Below are positions 14,113 to 27,135 of a stretch of DNA of 64,000 nt, piece by piece. The first letter of the stretch is position 1. Each line of letters begins with the position of its first letter. The translations under genes and the position numbers were made by a program. Source of the DNA: Lama guanicoe (Eukaryota); assembly GCA_013239625.1 (NCBI GenBank), contig MU054323.1, positions 1,984,001 through 2,048,000 on the forward strand, given 5' to 3'. Below the pieces are notes generated by a model. That model made no database searches. It saw nothing but the letters and a program-made list of their open reading frames with translations, and was not told where the DNA came from.

Positions 14113-14559
14113 TGGGTCTAGAGAGCCGCCTCGTGTTTAGGAAAAGAGAGACGCATCTTCCTCCTGATGTCTTCTGAGGTTGGCGCTGTTTAAATGTCTT
14201 TTATCTTAGAGTTTGGAGGTTTGGGTGTCTTTCTTTCTTTCTTTCTTTTTTTTTGATAATGAGATACAAAGTGGCTGGTGTTTTGGGACTGTCCACTTGG
14301 TGGATCTTATTCCAGGTGATTCATGTTTCTGTCTCTTTCAAAACAAGCAATTAGCTGTTAAGTGTTAGTGAGATTAAGAAAGATGAGAAAAATCTTACTG
14401 TTTTTCAAAATATTTATTACATAGTCCATTATGGAACTGAAGACTGTCCAGCAAATACCACCCAAACCCTGCCAAACACTGATATCAACTGCAGCTTTAA
14501 CCAAAAGCATCCCAGCTGCACCCTAGCCTCTGACCACCCCCTTAACTGCTCTTTGCCCT

Positions 14560-14780
14560 CCCCCCAAGTTTTACTCACCTTCTTCTTTGTTACCTGTCTA
14601 TTGGAGATGTATTTGCATTTGATCACTTCTAGCTTGTAATTATTTGTCAGTTTGTCTGCCCTCCTCTCTCACTGGACTTTGAGACCTCCAAAGGCATGGA
14701 CTCTGTTTTAATACATTTATGTAAACTCAGTCCCTGGTACTGGGACTGCCACAGAGATGATGCTTAATAAATATTGGTAG
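14560..14780 (+). mobile_element. L2 3' end
   Basis: ctggactttgag...aaggcatggactctgtttt...cagtccctgg...gcttaataaatattgg. Confidence 0.65.
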
Positions 14781-15299
14781 AATATTGCAAACTTTAATTA
14801 CTTAACTAATTAGACATTTATCAATCAAGATAGGATAACCTATGCTACTAATTTAATGATAGTAGACTTCGGGAGTTGAGAATCCTGGCTTTTGTTTGGG
14901 TAGAATATTTGTAATAAAGATTATCTTTAGCTTGAATATGATCATCTTTTCAAATATTATCATTTTTCTATTTAAATAACATCTGACTCATACTAAGTAC
15001 TATGGCAACGTATCATAAGATTTTTTAAATAGAGGAGAACAAAATCTCATAATTTGACACCCTAACAGCATTTCCATCAGTATCTTTGTGGAATATATCC
15101 CTGCATTTTGTCTTAAGAATAGTTCTATTGAATTACTACAGAAACAAACAATTATAACCAAAAATGAACTAATGATGAGAAAAATGCTGAGCAGTAACTG
15201 ATAACATTGCCAAAAATGCCCTTTACCTTGTGGAATATAACCTTAAATTTTGACCTTGATTGATATGTCTAGTTGATGTACATTATTAAGGGCATCTTA

Positions 15300-16380
15300 G
15301 ATTTGTTTTAAGTGCTGTATTTTTCTAATTATAGAAGAAATGCATCATTGAAAATGTGAAAAATTAGTATAAAAGAAACAAAAATAAACCATATGGACTT
15401 GAGGAAGCACATATACACAATTACTATTAATATTGGATATATTTTCTTCCACATTTCATATATTTTAAATAAAATTAGGGTTATGTTGTATATAAAACAC
15501 ATCTTTTTTGTTAATTAAACAAATACTGATGTTTTTATCATGTAATTAAAAATCTTAGGAAAAACTATGGTTTCATACTATTTAAAGATATTATTGGAAG
15601 TTTAACCACCTTCCTAGTTTAGGCTTTTAGTTAGCTGTGACTTTCTATTGTATATAATTAGTTTTGTAATACATTTATCATTCTACATAAATCCTTGAAT
15701 GGATTTGTGATTATTTCCATTAATTAGATACTTGAGAAGACTTCCAACATTCTTACTATCCATCACTAAATTGAATTTCAAAAAAATGGAGAAAGGCCTA
15801 CATTCCTACTAGGAGAGGGAATTTTCTTGTCCCGTTACCAACATTAAATATTATGATGTATAGGCTTTTTTCTTAAGAGTTTTTAAGTTTACAGGTATAA
15901 ATTTATGCATAGCATTTTTTTGTAAAAAAAGAAAAAAGACTTTCAAAACTATGGTTACAAATAGACTCTTGGTTCCCATATTGTTTATTTGCATCTTTTC
16001 TGTTTTTCTCTCTAAAAACTAGTTTACTAAAAATGCATTTCATGGTAACAAAAAACATTTATGCACACTAGAAAATGCATACATAAAAAGGAAACATCTT
16101 CCTGTTTCATTCAACCATCACTATTTCCTCTTCCCAAAGGTAATCACTATTAACAATTTCTCAAATATCCTTTCAGAGAAAGAAAAAGAATATACCTGCA
16201 TATATACAAAGATCCCTTTTTTTAAAAAGTGCACAAATATGTCATGATACATACTGTTTGCATCTTGCTTGATTCATGTAATGTCTTGGACATCTTTTCA
16301 TATCAACACATATGTAAGTATGCCCCACTGTTTTTAGCTACCAAGAATATAATAAATTTAAAAAATTTATTAACTTAATG
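15300..16380 (-). mobile_element. ancient L1 (L1ME-like) 3' fragments
   Basis: AT-rich degenerate L1 3' UTR motifs (aggtaatcactattaacaattt, catactgtttgcatcttgctt). Confidence 0.5.
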
Positions 16381-16569
16381 AACAAGAGTGGCATCTGATC
16401 AATTAAAGTTTATATTACTTTGATTGTGATTAAATGTTTCTTTTCAGATGCTTCTTATTTCCCATTCATATTTCATTGCTTGATGATCTTTATCCAGGAT
16501 CTATCTGGCGCAAGTGACTTTAAAAGCCATCTTGGACAAAGTATCTCACAGAGATTCTGGGACAAATCA

Positions 16570-17180
16570 ACTTCTTTACCCATTCATCCATCAATGAACA
16601 CTCAGTTTGTTTCCATCTTGGCTATTGTAAATAAATAATGCTGCTACGAACAAGGGTGCAAAAACACCGTCAAGTTAGTGTTTTTGTTTCCTTTGAATAT
16701 ATTCTCAGAAGTGGAATTGGCAGATCATGTGGTAGTTCTACTTTAATTTTTTGAGGAGTCTCCATACTGTTTTCCACAGTGGCTGTACCAATTTGCAATC
16801 CCACCAATAGTACACAGGTGTCCCCTTTTCTCCATATTCTCAGCAGCATTTGCTATTTCTTGTCTTTTGATGATGACCATTCTATAACAAGCATGAGATG
16901 ATATCTCACTGTAGTTTTAATTTGCATTTCCCTAATGACTAGAAAGGTTGAACATCTTTTCATGTATCTGTTGGCCTTTTGTATATCTTCTTTGGAAGAT
17001 ATATTCAGGTCCTTTGCCTATGTTTAATTAGGTTATCTGTTTTTGGGACTTCTGTTTGTCTTTTGCTATTGATTTGTATAAATTCTTTATTTATTGTGGA
17101 CGGCAACCCCTTGTCAGATATATGGATGGAAATATTTTTTCCCATTCTGTAGGTTTTCTTTTCACATTGTTGATGGTTTC
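16570..17180 (-). mobile_element. L1M fragment, ORF2 3' region
   Basis: ttttttgaggagtctccatactgttttccacagtggctgtaccaatttgcaatcccaccaa...gcatttccctaatgact. Confidence 0.85.
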
Positions 17181-17789
17181 ATCTCTGTTATACTTATTCT
17201 TGAATCACTGTGAGAAGCAGAGCCCTTCACTAAATCATATTGGACACACGATATCAAAGAAATATATCCTTACATTTTTGCTGTGGCATAACTTTGTTTA
17301 TAGTGATCAATAGAATACCCTAGTCAGAAGCCAAAAGGAGGCTTAACAACCAAAAGAGAGTAACAGCAGCTCATAAAAATAAAGCTGTTGGATAAAATAA
17401 ATAATAATTTGAAAAATGTAAAGAACCTAAAGTGATTAAGTTTCTTTTTAAATGTTGTAGAATGCCTTGAAAGCAAGCATAGTGATTGTTGAAACTTAGC
17501 TTTATTGAGTGAAGAAATATCTCAAATACAAAGCAAAAATACAGAGAGGATGGAAGTCATGAAGTAAAAGATACGAAACTTGAAAACTAGAGTCAAGAGA
17601 ACTAATGTGCATTAGAAATCCCAGAAGACTACAAAAGATGGAAAGAAATAAATAATAATTAAATAGAAACCAGGAAACGTTTAAAGTTTAAAAAAAATGT
17701 AAGCGACAGACTAAAGATTGAAGGAAAAACATACACACACACACAAATAACCAGGTATATTTTGGCAAAACTGCTGAATTCCAAAAAAA

Positions 17790-18380
17790 AACTGATGGTT
17801 CCTCAAAGAAGTAAAAATAGCTCTACTCTATGATCCAGCAAATCCAGTTCTGGATATATACTCAGAGTTGAAGGCAACATCTCAAGAAGATATTTGTACA
17901 CCCATGTTCATAGCAGCATTATTCACAAGTGTCAAAATGTGGCAGTAACCCCAGTGTCCAGCTATGGGTGAATGGATATGCAAAATGTGGTGAATGCACA
18001 CAATGGAATATTATTCAGCCTTAAAAAGAAAGGAGATTTTGACAAAGGCCATGACATGAATGAACCTTGAGAACATTATGCTAAAGGAAATAAAACAGAC
18101 ACAAAAAGATGAATACTTATGATTTCACTTACACGAGGTACTTAGAGTAATCAAAATCACACAGACAAAAAGTAAAATGGTGATTGCTAGGAACTAGCAG
18201 GAGGGCAAAAGGGGAGTTATTGTTTGATGGGGGTAGGCTTTTAGCTTTACAAGATGAAAATAGTTTGCAGATGGGTCATGGCTATGGTTACACAGCAGTG
18301 AGTGAACTTAATATCATTAAACTGTACACCTAAAAATAATGATAATAAATTTTATGTTATACATGTTTTATCACAATAAA
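17790..18380 (+). mobile_element. L1MA/MB-like 3' end
   Basis: atgatccagcaa...acacccatgttcatagcagcattattcacaa...caatggaatattattcagcc...tcacAATAAA. Confidence 0.85.
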
Positions 18381-19299
18381 TAGAATACAATGATTAAAAA
18401 CTAAGCCTATATTTGATATTATTTATTAGAAATACAAGTATATGTATAACATTTTAGAAAAGAATAACTGTTCCATATCACTTATAGGAATGCCTATAAT
18501 TTATTGATAAGGAAAAAGGTAATTTGCTAGCATGTATGATATAATTACATGTTAATAAAAGCAACTGGGAACACTTTAATATATCTTATAAATATGAGTG
18601 TGGTAGAGGGATGATTTATGTCACATTTGTATACAAATAGTATTACTTGTTTCAGCAACCACAAATTACTATTATAATTTTACAACTAAATACAGAAAAT
18701 GTAAAAAGTATAATTTTAGTAAAGCCACATTACATAGAAAGGGCCATAAACCACTGTCTTTCACATTTGGTGAATGTATTTTCCCAGTTTGAATTATACC
18801 TTTTAATTGTGTGATAGTATAGAAGTAATTTAAGATAATAACATATATTATGTTACTGTGTTATTATTATTGTATTATATTAAGATTATTATAATCTTAA
18901 ATTACTTATACACTACTTACATTGTATATTACTTATTATATATATTATTTTAAAGTATATATATATATATAAATGTTTAAATATTTTAAATATTTATACC
19001 TTCTTGGTATTCTCTGTCATCTGTTGATTTATCCCCATTTATGGAAGGCTTGCTATAGTAAAGCTAGAATAGAAATGTAGTAGACAAACTCTACACAATA
19101 AAGATCGGTAGCTGTTTAATCAGAAAAATGTATATTTTAGGGAGGGATCACAAAAAACATACATGTTTTATTTTTCATGAGCTATTCCCATACAATCTAT
19201 GATATTTTGAGGGTTTTTTTCCCCCAAATGGAACAAGTAATTGAAACACTTGTATAGTGACTTAAGTGAAGATGCTTTGTAAGGATTCTTTTTATGGTG

Positions 19300-19750
19300 G
19301 GCTGACTGCAGTTATAACCCCAATTTATTCTCACTTTTTTAACGTTTATGCCTTTTGCTCTCACAATGAATGACCACGGGCCTACAGCATATGATTTGCT
19401 TTGGCCAATAGCACAATAAGTAGCAAACAGGCAGCCTTGAAAGGCACATGTACATTTAGGGCTTATTGTCCTACTGTTTTTGGAAACTTGCAACCTTGTG
19501 TCAAAGCTGAGACTAGCCTGTGAAGGATAAGAGACCATGTGGAGAGAAGCCCAGTCATTTAAACTGTCCACAGGCAACCCACCAGCTGACTGTAGACACA
19601 TAAACGAGCCCATTCAAGATCAGCCCAAACTGACCCAGGCAGGGGAATTTCTTCTAGTCCAAACCCAAATTATTGACTTGCAGAATAATTAACTAAATAA
19701 ATGGTTGCTGTTTTAAGGCATGAAAACTGTTGTTAGTTTATTGCATGGGA
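19300..19750 (+). mobile_element. MaLR solo LTR (MLT1G/H-like)
   Basis: gctttggccaat...ccagctgactgtagacac...aAATAAAtggttgctgttttaag. Confidence 0.7.
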
Positions 19751-20499
19751 AACATACACCCACCACATACACCCACACACAGTCTTTCATGTTTGCCTTC
19801 ACCGTACCCAATGCAAATATTTTTTTTTAGTAGCTCTCCTTTAGTTTTCATAGAAACAATAACTTTCTTTTGTCATCCCTATTTTATCATTTTATATAAG
19901 AATTAATTACATCATATAAAAATAATGGCAAGTACAACTAATAAGCAGGTTTGAGAAGAAAACCACCTGATTCCTGGTAATCGTCGAACTGGTTAATGTA
20001 GAAGAGAAGTGCGTGGGGAAACCTACAGGGTGACCTACAGTCACGAGCACTCATCATGCTGTTGGCATTAAGTAATTGAATTTATCCTGGGTTATGACAA
20101 CACTTCAGGGGGTCTGTTAGGCTGGAACAGCATTTCCTGTCTGCCTTCACTGTACTGTTAACTTTTAAAAATCTTAACATCACTGTCTCTCTTGCTCCAG
20201 CTGGAAACTGAGTTTTCTTAATGACTTTAAGATGATAAGCACACCCATTCATAATTTATGTCAAGTTACATATGCATTTATAAATGTTTAAAATATTAAA
20301 AATTTGAGATGTGCATAATTATATTCTAAAACATTTATCATAGTGGTTTATTAGGTTGCTATTACACATGATAGGAAGACACTTGTATTGAATCTTGCCA
20401 TTAATCGTTAAAATATACTAAACTAAAACATCCACAATCGTAGTGAACAGAGTCAGCCCAAGAAATGCTATTCAAATAATTTCCTGAATAAGAACAAAT

Positions 20500-20900
20500 A
20501 TCACAAAGGTGCTACAACAAACAATATCCCAAGTCTCAGTGGCTTAAAATAGTAGAAGTGTTTTCCTTACTGATGGATGACTTGTTGGCCATAGTTTCTG
20601 TTCCATGACATCATTTGGGATCCAGGTATCTTCTATCTTATGGAACTACCATCATCCATGCTTGCTTCTAAAATCTCCATGGAAAAAAACCAAGTGAGAG
20701 ATAGGATACTGTACAACTCCTAACTTTCCTAACTTTCTCAGTCTCGAAGTGACACATACCACTGCTACTCACATTCCATGGTCAAAATCTAGTAACATGG
20801 CCTCATCTTTTCTGCATTTGAGCTGAGAAATGCAATTTGGTTGTGTGACCAGGAAGAGGAATAGGATTGGTGATCATCTATCCAGTCTTTGCCATAACCA
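20500..20900 (-). mobile_element. MaLR solo LTR (MLT1J/K/L-like)
   Basis: tctcagtggcttaaaa...ctcacattccatggtc...agtaacatggcc...gattggtga. Confidence 0.65.
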
Positions 20901-21978
20901 TTAAAACTACTTTGTCATTCTACAAACCCAAGTGTTTTAAATTTGTGTTTGAACTGAAACAAAGGATTGAAGTCAGGAACAAAGAAATGGTTCTCACAGA
21001 CGTTAAAGTGACCTGGGCATAGAGATACAGCCAAAGAGTCAGCATTTATTCTTATTTTCAATCTAGGGCTGTAAGAAACTTGAACATATCAATGGCCTTT
21101 TCTAGAACTCAGATTCCTTTTTTATATTGGAAACAAGGAATTAATCAATTTCCAATTTTAAAGAGTGATCAGCAAATTGTTCTAGGAATGTTCTGGGATG
21201 ATGTTGGTGACTGGGAAAGGACTGAAACAGGACCTCAGTTTGGCTCCATGACCTTCCAGATCACCTTCTCACGTATCTACTGACACCCTGGGCAAAAATT
21301 CAATATTCTGGTTTATTAACAACAGGTTTTCTCCTTTCTGTACATATTTCTTCCTAACTTCAAAGCCATAAAGGAAAAGACTTTAAGCATGCCATATACA
21401 TTTATTCATTCAGCATTCACACAGCGTTTTTTAGTGATTCTGTTTAATTTATATGTCTTTCATTGAGACTCTAGTTTGTGACAGGCTCTATATTGGGAAG
21501 TGGGAGTACAGATAAGTAAGCTGTAAATATGCCTTTGAAGAACTTAGGGTTTAATCCAAGGGAGAAAAAAAACATCTATTCATTCATTTAACAAAGATTT
21601 CATGAGCTTCTACTATTGAATCAGGCACTATTCTGGTCAAACTGGTTAGAGGAGCCAGTTAAGCAAATAAATACATCAGTTCCATTGGAGAATGAAAAGT
21701 GGTATGGGGGAAAGCAAGCATAAAATGGTGATGGAAGGCTAATTGATTGAGATGTCTCATTGGTACTTGAATTAAAAGAGGATAATGGACATGTCAAGCT
21801 CTGTAGGCTGAGGGACCATTCAGTAAAAAAAATAGGAAGAGGCTGAAGAGGCATTCCTGGTGGAGGGAAACGAGAAGATAGATTTTCAGCACCTAATCAT
21901 TGTTCTGCATCCTCTTAGCCTAGGTGCCCAGGGAGAACTGAATGCTGCTAGCTAAAGCTGGGTAAGCAGTTTTCAGAC

Positions 21979-22870
21979 TGTGTTAGGTTGTTAGGGCTGT
22001 GTGATGGTTAATTTTATATGTCAGCTTGACTGGGCTAAGGGATGCCCAGAGAGCTAGTAGAACAATTATTTCTGGGCGTGTCTGTGAAAGTGTCTTGGAA
22101 AGAGATTGAATCAGTAGACTGAGTAAGGAAGATCTGTCCTCACCTCACCACTGCAGGCAAGGATCATTTAATCTGTGAAGGAAGGTGGATTCACTCTTTC
22201 TGAGCCAAAAACATCCATTTTCTCCTGCCCTCAGACATCTCTGCTCCTGGCCCTCAGGCTTTCAGGTTCAGACTGGAAGTTAACACCGCCAGCTCCTCCT
22301 CTTCCTCCCCAGTTCTCAGACCTTTTGACTTGAACTCAATTGTATCACTGGTTTTTCTGGTTCTCCAGTTTGCAGATAGCAGATTTGGGTGCTTCGCAGC
22401 CTCTAAAAGCACATGAGCCCGTTCCTATTAAAAAGAAGTCCTCTTAACTGTATCTATTTACCTATCCACCTATTTCCTGTTGGGTCTGTTTATCTGGAGA
22501 GCCCTGACTAATTCGCCACTACGAAGTACCAGAGTCAGGGGCTTAAATGACAGAAGTTTATTTTCTCATGGTTCTGGAGGCTGCAAGTCCCACACTGAGG
22601 TGTTGGCAGGTTTGGTCTCTTCTGAGACCTCTCTCCTTGGCCTGAAGATGGCCACCTTCTTCCCGTGTCCTCACACGGTCATCTCACTGTCTGTGTTCTC
22701 TGTGTCCTGACTCATCTCCTTGTAACGACACCACTCATGTTGGTTTATGTGACACCAGTATGACCTCATTTGACTTTAATTTCCCAGTTTAAAGACTCTA
22801 TCTCTATATTTAGTCACATTCTGAGGTACTGAACGTTAAGACTTTTGTTAAGAATTTTGGGGCACAGGGC
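21979..22870 (-). mobile_element. MLT1B-like MaLR LTR interrupted by an MLT2 LTR
   Basis: tgtgttagg..ttagggctg, then insertion, then ccactacgaagtacc...gttctggaggctg...gtcacattctgaggtactg. Confidence 0.8.
22000..22515 (+). mobile_element. MLT2 (ERVL) solo LTR nested in MLT1B
   Basis: Begins TGtgatggttaattttatatgtcagcttgactgggctaagggatgccca; ends ctggagagccctgactaat. Confidence 0.85.
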
Positions 22871-23031
22871 ACACACCTTAAATAAAATACGCACATTGAG
22901 TGGAAGGATTATTTTCTGTTTCAATGTGTAACATTTAGGCATAAGTGGGTCACCAGGGCGTAATAGGTCCTGAGTCAAAGTGAAGATTTTAAGAGAAATG
23001 AGAAATAATTGGAAGCTTGTCATGGTAAGAT

Positions 23032-23109
23032 TTCTTTCTTTCTCTCTTTCTTTCTTTCTTTCTCTCTTTCTTTCTTTCTTTCTTCCTTCCTTCCTTCCTT
23101 CCTTCCTTC

Positions 23110-23140
<31 letters not shown>
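23032..23140. repeat. (TTTC)n/(TTCC)n compound microsatellite
   Basis: Directly visible; lies in an L2 remnant. Confidence 0.95.
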
Positions 23141-24327
23141 TAAAGATCATTCTGGTTTCCTTCCATGTAGAGAATGCATTCTCTGACTACACCAAGGTAC
23201 GTGAGTGTGATGGTAATAGAGGAGATGGCAGGACGTCCTCAGATTCTGGATCTATTTTGAAGTAGAACCAGCAGAACTAGCTAGTGGATTAAATGTAGAA
23301 ACGAGTAGGGAAAAGGCAGCAGGAAGGACACAAATGGCTTGAATCACTGGGTGGAGTTGATGGATGGAGCACGGGCTCTTTCTAACTGTGTCATCTGCAG
23401 GAAGTAACTATCTCGACGAGTCTCCACTTCCTCTTTTGTAAAATGGAGCTAATATTATTTCCTTCATAAATTCTTTGTAAAGATCAAATTACAGAATGCC
23501 TGTACAATGCCTTGCAGAGAGCTTGGCACAGACTAGATCGTCAGTGGACGTTATTGTCAAGTGTCAGCCCCACCGAGACGAAGAAGATCTGTTCATGAAA
23601 CAGGGGGGAGAGTATCTGATTAAAAGTCCAAATGATAGAAACTGATAAGGGGTGCTCTCTCCATGTTAGAAAAAAGGAAAATCCATGTGGACCAGCATGA
23701 GAAAACCTCTCTTGGTAGGGTGAATGTTGGGGTGATGTGGAAGACTTGATCAAGACCTCATTCCTGAAGTTTTAACTGGCTTTCCTAAAGTCAGGCAGAA
23801 ACAGGTCACCCTACATGAGAGAACCCTAGTGATTCTATTCCCTAGCAGATCTTGAATTTGTGAAATAACCTCTCTGAGCTACAGTTGTCTTGTAAGTAAA
23901 ATGGAGATCATACTAGTTGGACTGTAACCTAGAGCCAGATACTCATTTTGTTTTAAATGTTAGATGATTAAGTTTGAAAATTTCAATGTTGATTCAAAAG
24001 ATAATAAAATAAATTGCAAATTAATGTCTCTAAAGTAAATCACAACTTTAAAGCATCTAACCACACGGATGTACACTGCTCATGTGGGTTTACAATACCG
24101 GTCAGTCTCTCATGGACCTTTCTCCACTGTAGAATCATGACTTACATTGTATCTTACTTGCCAAACTTTTCTGAATGTGACTTTTTGCTAATATGCTGGA
24201 TTTGGGGTTAAGTAGCATTATTTTGCCACCTTTCATGTTGTATTTGTGAAAAAAAAAATAAGTACTATCTTATTCCTTTGGGTTGTGCTGGTGTAATGTG
24301 GATTTAACATCAATAAATATAAAAACA

Positions 24328-24391
24328 ATTTCTTATAGCATTGATAACAACTCATTTATCATTTCTTATAGCATTGATAACAACTCATTTA
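24328..24391. repeat. perfect 31-bp tandem duplication (period 33)
   Basis: atttcttatagcattgataacaactcattta at 24328-24358 and 24361-24391. Confidence 0.95.
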
Positions 24392-25544
24392 AAATGCTGA
24401 AAGCTGTTTTAAAAGATCCAAAGAAATATCACAACATTAACTCTCAACAAATATCACATCATTGTGTCTGAAGGGCTTTACCTATAATTTTAACTGTTGC
24501 ATAATGATCTAGTCATCTGGAAACCATTACTGAAAATGGTATATTAATCGCAAATATTTAAGGAAACATAATAAAGAAGTAATTGAATAAGGACCCACAA
24601 TTGTGAAAGACTTGAACCTTACCTACTACACCAAGCAGCCAACCACTTTGTTACATTGCTTCTTCAAAAAGTGGTTTGATTTGAGCAACTCTAACAACTC
24701 CTAAACTTGAGAACCCGTGAGTATCAGTCGACTGTCTCCCATGCTACCCTGGACCCAGTCCCCTTTTCCTCACCTGCCCTTGGCCGGGAGATAATAGCAG
24801 CCTCTGAAGGAAGCACTACAGCTTCTAAACCCTAAGTCCACAGCAGGCGTCCCCCTCCATTCAATTCCCCGTGGTCCCAGGCCAAGTGTGAGCTGGAGCT
24901 TCTGGGCACCAGGGTAAGGCAGGAACATGTAATGTGAGCCAGAGTGGAGGTCAAGTCTTATTTTCTCTGACTTCGTGCTTGTCGCTCCTCGGGAAACTTC
25001 GGTAGGGATGGCTCTCTCCATCACCTAACCAGCGCCCCCACCCTTCTCAGCGCAGGTCCCTGTGGGGACCCGAATGCTCCTGGCTGAAGCTGGGAAAGCA
25101 TTTTTCACACCTTTAAATAAAATGTGCAGATTGAGGGTGGAAGGATTATTTTCCATTACAATATGAAACGTTCTGGCCCGTTTCCCAGAGTTTATAATAG
25201 CCCTTGGAAAAGACCTTCCCTCCTGAAGCACAGTGCTAGAAACCAGCTAGAAATGAACTGGGAAGTCTGGACCAGACTTGCTAGGGAGGGAGAGCCCATG
25301 CTGATGGGAATATTGGAGCACTGGTCTTGTTACTGCCTTGGCCAAGATCACAAAAATGTTGTTCATATCTGCAGAGTCCATCCACGCCTTTGTCCCCACT
25401 CTCAGAGCCCCACAGGGATTGAGACATTCACTGAGGTTTAACTTTAGGATACTGGGAATCCCAAAGACAACTAAACACAGCAATGAGAAAGCTCTCCATC
25501 CACCAATCCTCTCCCTTAATTGTTTGAAGCCAGTTAAAATTTAA

Positions 25545-25935
25545 TTCCCTCATAGACTAATGGCACTAATGACATAAGTCCCAGTGGATTGACACCATTA
25601 ACATTTATTTCCTGCTGCCCCACGGTGCGATGGTTGCGTGCTGGTCATCCTTCCACAGAGTAGTTTAGGTGCCCAGGATCCTTCCATCTTCCCAGCACTT
25701 GGAATCTTCTACCAGATCCTCTCATTCTGTCTGGAGACAATTCTGTCTGAAGGACCTTGTAGGGGACTTCAGGGCCCAGGCATGGAGGTGGTGGACCTTA
25801 CCAAACCAACACCATTGGCCAGAACTCAGTCACATGGCTCATCCAACTTCGGGGCCATCTGCAAAATTTACCATCCCACATGCCAAGAAGGAGAAGACAC
25901 ACATGGATATTGGTGAGCCTGCTTTCTGCTCCATC
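25545..25935 (-). mobile_element. MaLR solo LTR (MLT1J/K-like)
   Basis: ccattggccagaactcagtcacatggc...ggatattggtgagc. Confidence 0.65.
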
Positions 25936-26249
25936 TCACTGAGAAAGAAAGTGTTAGTCTGGGTTGTCATCAGCCCTTACACATCAGTGGGAATGAAAGT
26001 TCTCAGATAATGTTGCAATATGGAGAGGAGTCTTTGGGGTGTGGGGTCACTGTTGAAATATTGTAAAAGATACGTGTATTATCTTTCCTGTTCACTTCTT
26101 TCTTTAAAAAAGCTTATAGAATATACTATCCATTGTAATTATATAATACTTATCTGTCTATCCCTCTCAATCTCCAACTTGAGGGTAGAGAGTTTTCTAC
26201 TAAATTTTGAATCTCCAGCACCTACGCTAAGACCTGAGTTGTAACAGAT

Positions 26250-27135
26250 GCATTATTACTTTTCCATGCTGAGTAACAGATGATCACAAACTTAGTGGCT
26301 TTGAACAACGCTCATTTATTATTTTACCACTTCTGAAGGTCAAGTCAAGGTCTGGCTTAACTGGATTCTGTGCTTTGGGGTCTCACCAGGCTGCATTAAA
26401 TTGTTAAGTCAGATTATTTACTATGTCTGCGAGTCTTTTTCTGCTTTGTAGATGAGTTCATTAGTGGTTACCGGGGGATAGTGGGTGGGAGGGGTAAATT
26501 TGGGAGTATGAAATTTGTAAATGTTAGCCACTATATATAAAAATAGATTAAAAATTTTCTTCTGTATAGCACAGGGAACTATATTCAATATCTTGCAATA
26601 ACCTTTAATGAACACAAATATGAAAGCAAATACAAATATGTTTATGCATGACTGGGACACTGGGACATTGTGCTATATACCAGAAGTTGACACATTGTAA
26701 CTGTAAGTCAGGCTGAATTTTCATCTGAAGGATCAACTGGAGAAGAGCCTGCTTCCAAACTCACTCACGTTGTTGGCAGAATTCATCTCCTATGGTTATA
26801 GGACTGTGGTCCTGGCTTCTTGCTGGCTGTCAGCCAGGGACCACGCTCAGTTCCTAGAGGCTACTTGGGGTTCCTTGTCACGTGGCCTTCTCACAATGTG
26901 GCAGTGTACCTCTTTAAAACCAAGAAGAGTGAAAGTGTCCAGAGTCAGTCCTCTGGCAAGACAGAGTCATGTAATAGGACATACTCATGTGAGTGGCAGC
27001 CCACCACTTTTTACCATATTCTATTGATTAGAGCAAGTCACAGTTCCCACCCACATGCAAGAGAAGGACATTACATGAGGGTGTGAAAACCAGGAGGCAG
27101 GAATCACGGGGGCCTTCTTAAAGTCAGTTCTCTGT
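26250..27135 (-). mobile_element. MLT1E/F-like MaLR LTR interrupted by an L1
   Basis: cacaaacttagtggctt...ctcaccaggctgc, then L1, then gctgaattttcatctg...gttgttggcagaattc...ccaggaggcaggaatcacgggggcc. Confidence 0.75.
26413..26703 (+). mobile_element. camelid-type L1 3' fragment with 5' inversion, no poly(A) tail
   Basis: Inverted piece ~26413-26462, then sense 3' UTR ending cattgtaactg; exact TSD taagtcag at 26405-26412 and 26704-26711. Confidence 0.85.

Noticed and set aside
19197..19613. 138-aa minus ORF
   Set aside because: Mostly antisense to an MLT1 LTR; chance ORF.
22980..23186. F/L/S/P-rich ORF
   Set aside because: Translation of the (TTTC)n microsatellite.
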